In this document: positions 60,865 through 64,000 of the stretch, piece by piece
How the letters are laid out: each line of letters opens with the position of its first letter
How positions within the stretch are numbered: the first letter of the stretch is position 1
Assembly: GCF_009914755.1 (NCBI RefSeq)
Contig: NC_060926.1
DNA: 64,000 bases
Direction: 5' to 3' (one strand)
Origin: the human T2T-CHM13v2.0 reference genome, Homo sapiens
Translations under genes and position numbers: made by a program
The notes under the pieces: model-generated
Seen by the model: only the letters and a program-made list of their open reading frames with translations
The model's database searches: none
What the model was told of the DNA's origin: nothing

Positions 60865-62454
60865 AGTAACTATCAAAATATGCTTTTTATTCAAAGAAAT
60901 AATAGATTTCTTTGGAGACCCGTGTCCTTGGGTTATTGGGGTCAGAAAGTTAATTTGCTCTTTGCTAGAAAGGGTGCTATAACTATTGGTTTACGTTTAT
61001 TTTAAAGACAGAGATTTCTAAAACCCCAGAGGGACTTTTGAGGCCAATACTTAGAGGCATGGATTACAATGTGGGCTAAAGAAATACTAAGTCTGGGTTT
61101 CCTTTCATCTTTTAGGCTGCCCTGTTCATTTCTTCTACAATCATAAAACAACCACATAAAGATGAATGCCTTTTATTATGAAAATTGCTGTTACATTACA
61201 GCCAACATTCCAAAACAGTATTTTAATAAACACTTGTCTTGATTATAAAGTAGAGCAAAAACCATGATCCTTTTTCAAAAGTAATTAACATCTTCTCAGT
61301 CACTTAACACAAATCAGGACACTCTGTATGCTCACCACGGTGTAGGAGATGAGATGAGGAAGAGCACCTATGTTATTCAAAACAGCTACTAGTGTTACTT
61401 ATACAGTATAAACCAACAACTTACAATAGGGCATTTTTTAAAAAGCAAAACACTGAAATGTTGAGGTGCCACAATACTTTTGAGATGGAAAAAGCCAAAG
61501 CTTGTTTCCTTTTTCTTCCCATCCTGAGTTCAGTGTGAAGTATAGGGAAGAACAACACCAGGCTGGGGATCGATGCAGTTTTTTGCTTATTTCCCAGTTG
61601 TTAGTCCTGCTCGAAAACACAGCCTGCATGCAAAACTTCCTCAGGCTGCCATTCACAGGCCTTGGAATACAGCGTTTGCACATGGACAAATGAGGTTCCT
61701 AGCAGCTCAGAGTCGGTGTCTGAATTCCAGTGTATTCACTCTCTGTAGCATGATAAAGAAACCAAAAACAAAATTCCTATGTTCTTTTAAGTTAAGAGGC
61801 AGAAGACTCCTATTTGGATGCATTCCACATTTTGGGGACAGAATGTGGTAGTTTTGCACAGAACCTCTCCCATCAAGAAACAGCTTAGAAAAAGTTAAAA
61901 CTGCAGTTTAAAAGTTCCTTTCTCCCCTCCCTTGGCAAAGAGACATGATGCACACATGACTGGAAGGGACTCAGGAAGGCAGAGTGTGGCCACTATAGTT
62001 TCAAGTACGATCTGGTTCTTGCAAACGGATCGGGGTAACTGCAGGTGGATTCAGGCAAACCAGAAATTCAAAAATATCCATCAACTTCTTTAATATAAGA
62101 AGCTCTACTGGAAGCTTTTCTTACAACTTCATGTAGCTGACATACCCTTTACTGTAGGAAGGGATATCCTCTTCTTTTTTCAAATAGTAGATAAATGGTA
62201 TTTTTGGAACTTATCATAGGCCAAGAACTGGTCTAATCTGATTTTTTACCTCCCTTTCAATCCTCCCTTTAAACTATACAGTCCTTTTTTCTGGGCTCAG
62301 GGCTCTTATTATTGGTAAGGCTCATTCTAACAACCTAAATAACACAAAGTCCTTTCCAATTTCAACACTGTTCTTTTTTGCCACTACAGGAAGACTCCAG
62401 ATGGTGTTATAACACTCTGTAGTAGATAATCCAGTTTTCAAGCTGTTATGCAGC
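60865..62454 (-). terminator. ALS2: ALS2 3'UTR with several AATAAA signals
   Basis: tttatt at 61172-61177, 60996-61001 and 60886-60891; unique, repeat-free sequence. Confidence 0.7.
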
Positions 62455-62493
62455 CTAGTTAAGCTTCTCACGCTGAATCTGGTAGTAACATGC
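62455..62493 (-). CDS. ALS2: ALS2 (alsin) last coding exon, ACYYQIQREKLN*
   Basis: tttcttccag|GCA TGT TAC...AAC TAG; matches the alsin C-terminus after the VPS9 domain as I recall it. Confidence 0.9.
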   Translation of the reverse strand, partial: ACYYQIQREKLN

Positions 62494-63415
62494 CTGGAAG
62501 AAAAGTTCAAAATAATTTCAAATTCACTTTTAAAGAAATTACATAAAGAGAGCAATGCATATGGGACTAAAGAAACAAAATCCCTTATGAACAAATTCAG
62601 CTGATGGCCCAACAGATTTAACTGATTTCACTTTTCCCTGTTCCCTTCTAGTTCCCCTATCTAGTGGCTGTCTTTTGCCTACTTGTAATTAGTATAGACA
62701 AAATTTTTTCATTTCCCGTCTTATTCTAAAACAAAGTTTTTTTACAAGCTAGCTAATATTCTTCACATGCAGAGACACCACAATTTGCCATTACTGATTG
62801 GACATTTAGAGTATACCAATCATTAAAAGGTACAACTCTAATTAGAATCACCTAGTATGATTAATAAATATACAGATTAAGCATCATTGCAGACCTGGGG
62901 AGTCATAACTTCCAAGAATGCATTTTTAAGAAGCACCCTGAATTATGAGTTTCCAGGTATGGGAATTACTCATACCCCAATGAATAACACATCCAGATAA
63001 CATGTAACATTTTCCATTCTTTAGTTTCTTAGGATAAATCCCCAGGAGTAGAACCATTGAGTCAAACTCCACATTTTTTGATGTTGTTGATATCTATGTT
63101 AGTAACAATTGCTTTCCAAAAGGGTAATGGCTACTTACCCCATTATCAGCAATGTGGGAATAATAATGACTTCACTATAACCCCATCAGTAATTTTAAAA
63201 TATTCATGATAATTTAACAGCACAAAATGGTACCTTATTTAAATCTGCAGTACTACGATTTTCAGTGAGGTTGAGTATTTTTCTATATGTAAACTTACTA
63301 GTTCAGTTTCTTCTTTGGTGATCTGTTTAGAGATACTCTTCAAATAACATAAACACTAATAATCTAAGTCATCTGTGGCCAATATTTTCCCCAGTTTCTC
63401 CCCCTTTTCAGTTTA

Positions 63416-63733
<318 letters not shown>

Positions 63734-64000
63734 TTAATGGTATTTTAGTTGAAAAGTTTAAATAGTTAACCTAGGCCAGAAACCTGACATTGAATTCTAG
63801 TTATTTTTCTTATTTTAATTTACCTGTCTTTCCTTCTCTCTTCCTTTCTCTATATTTAAACCCCAAAGCATCTATATAATTTGCTATTCTACCCTCCCTC
63901 CAAAACTGCTAATAAGCTATCCAATACTTTGTTTTACCATTTGTTAAATAATTCCTCTTTTCCATTTTGGTTTGGTGTTTCCACTTTCATGTGAAGTTTT

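Noticed and set aside
61438-61851. Short ORFs within the ALS2 3'UTR
   Set aside because: No recognisable protein features; the lengths are within chance expectation.

Overview
Human-like (primate) genomic DNA that I recognise as the 2q33.1 cluster of three tandem minus-strand genes. It holds the 5' end of TMEM237 (CpG-island promoter, two alternative first coding exons, a 32-nt exon 2 and a 5-nt exon 3), the complete MPP4 gene, and the last exon and 3'UTR of ALS2. For MPP4, a retina-enriched MAGUK, 21 coding exons read from the sequence join to 1914 nt (637 aa + stop). Introns carry over 20 Alus, two L1PA insertions, ERV1 and MaLR solo LTRs, L2/MIR and DNA-transposon relics. There is no prokaryotic-type system. 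The most notable structures are: a run of seven consecutive frame-symmetric phase-1 exons in the MPP4 SH3-GK linker, five of them 15-42 nt and three bracketed by inverted Alus; a GC-AG intron; a solo LTR 8 nt from a splice donor; a TSD-flanked L1 with three internal deletions whose antisense promoter faces the microexon array; 5'UTR uORFs; and in-frame compatibility of an MPP4-to-TMEM237 read-through splice. Gene identities and repeat family names come from recognition, not database searches, and repeat boundaries are approximate.
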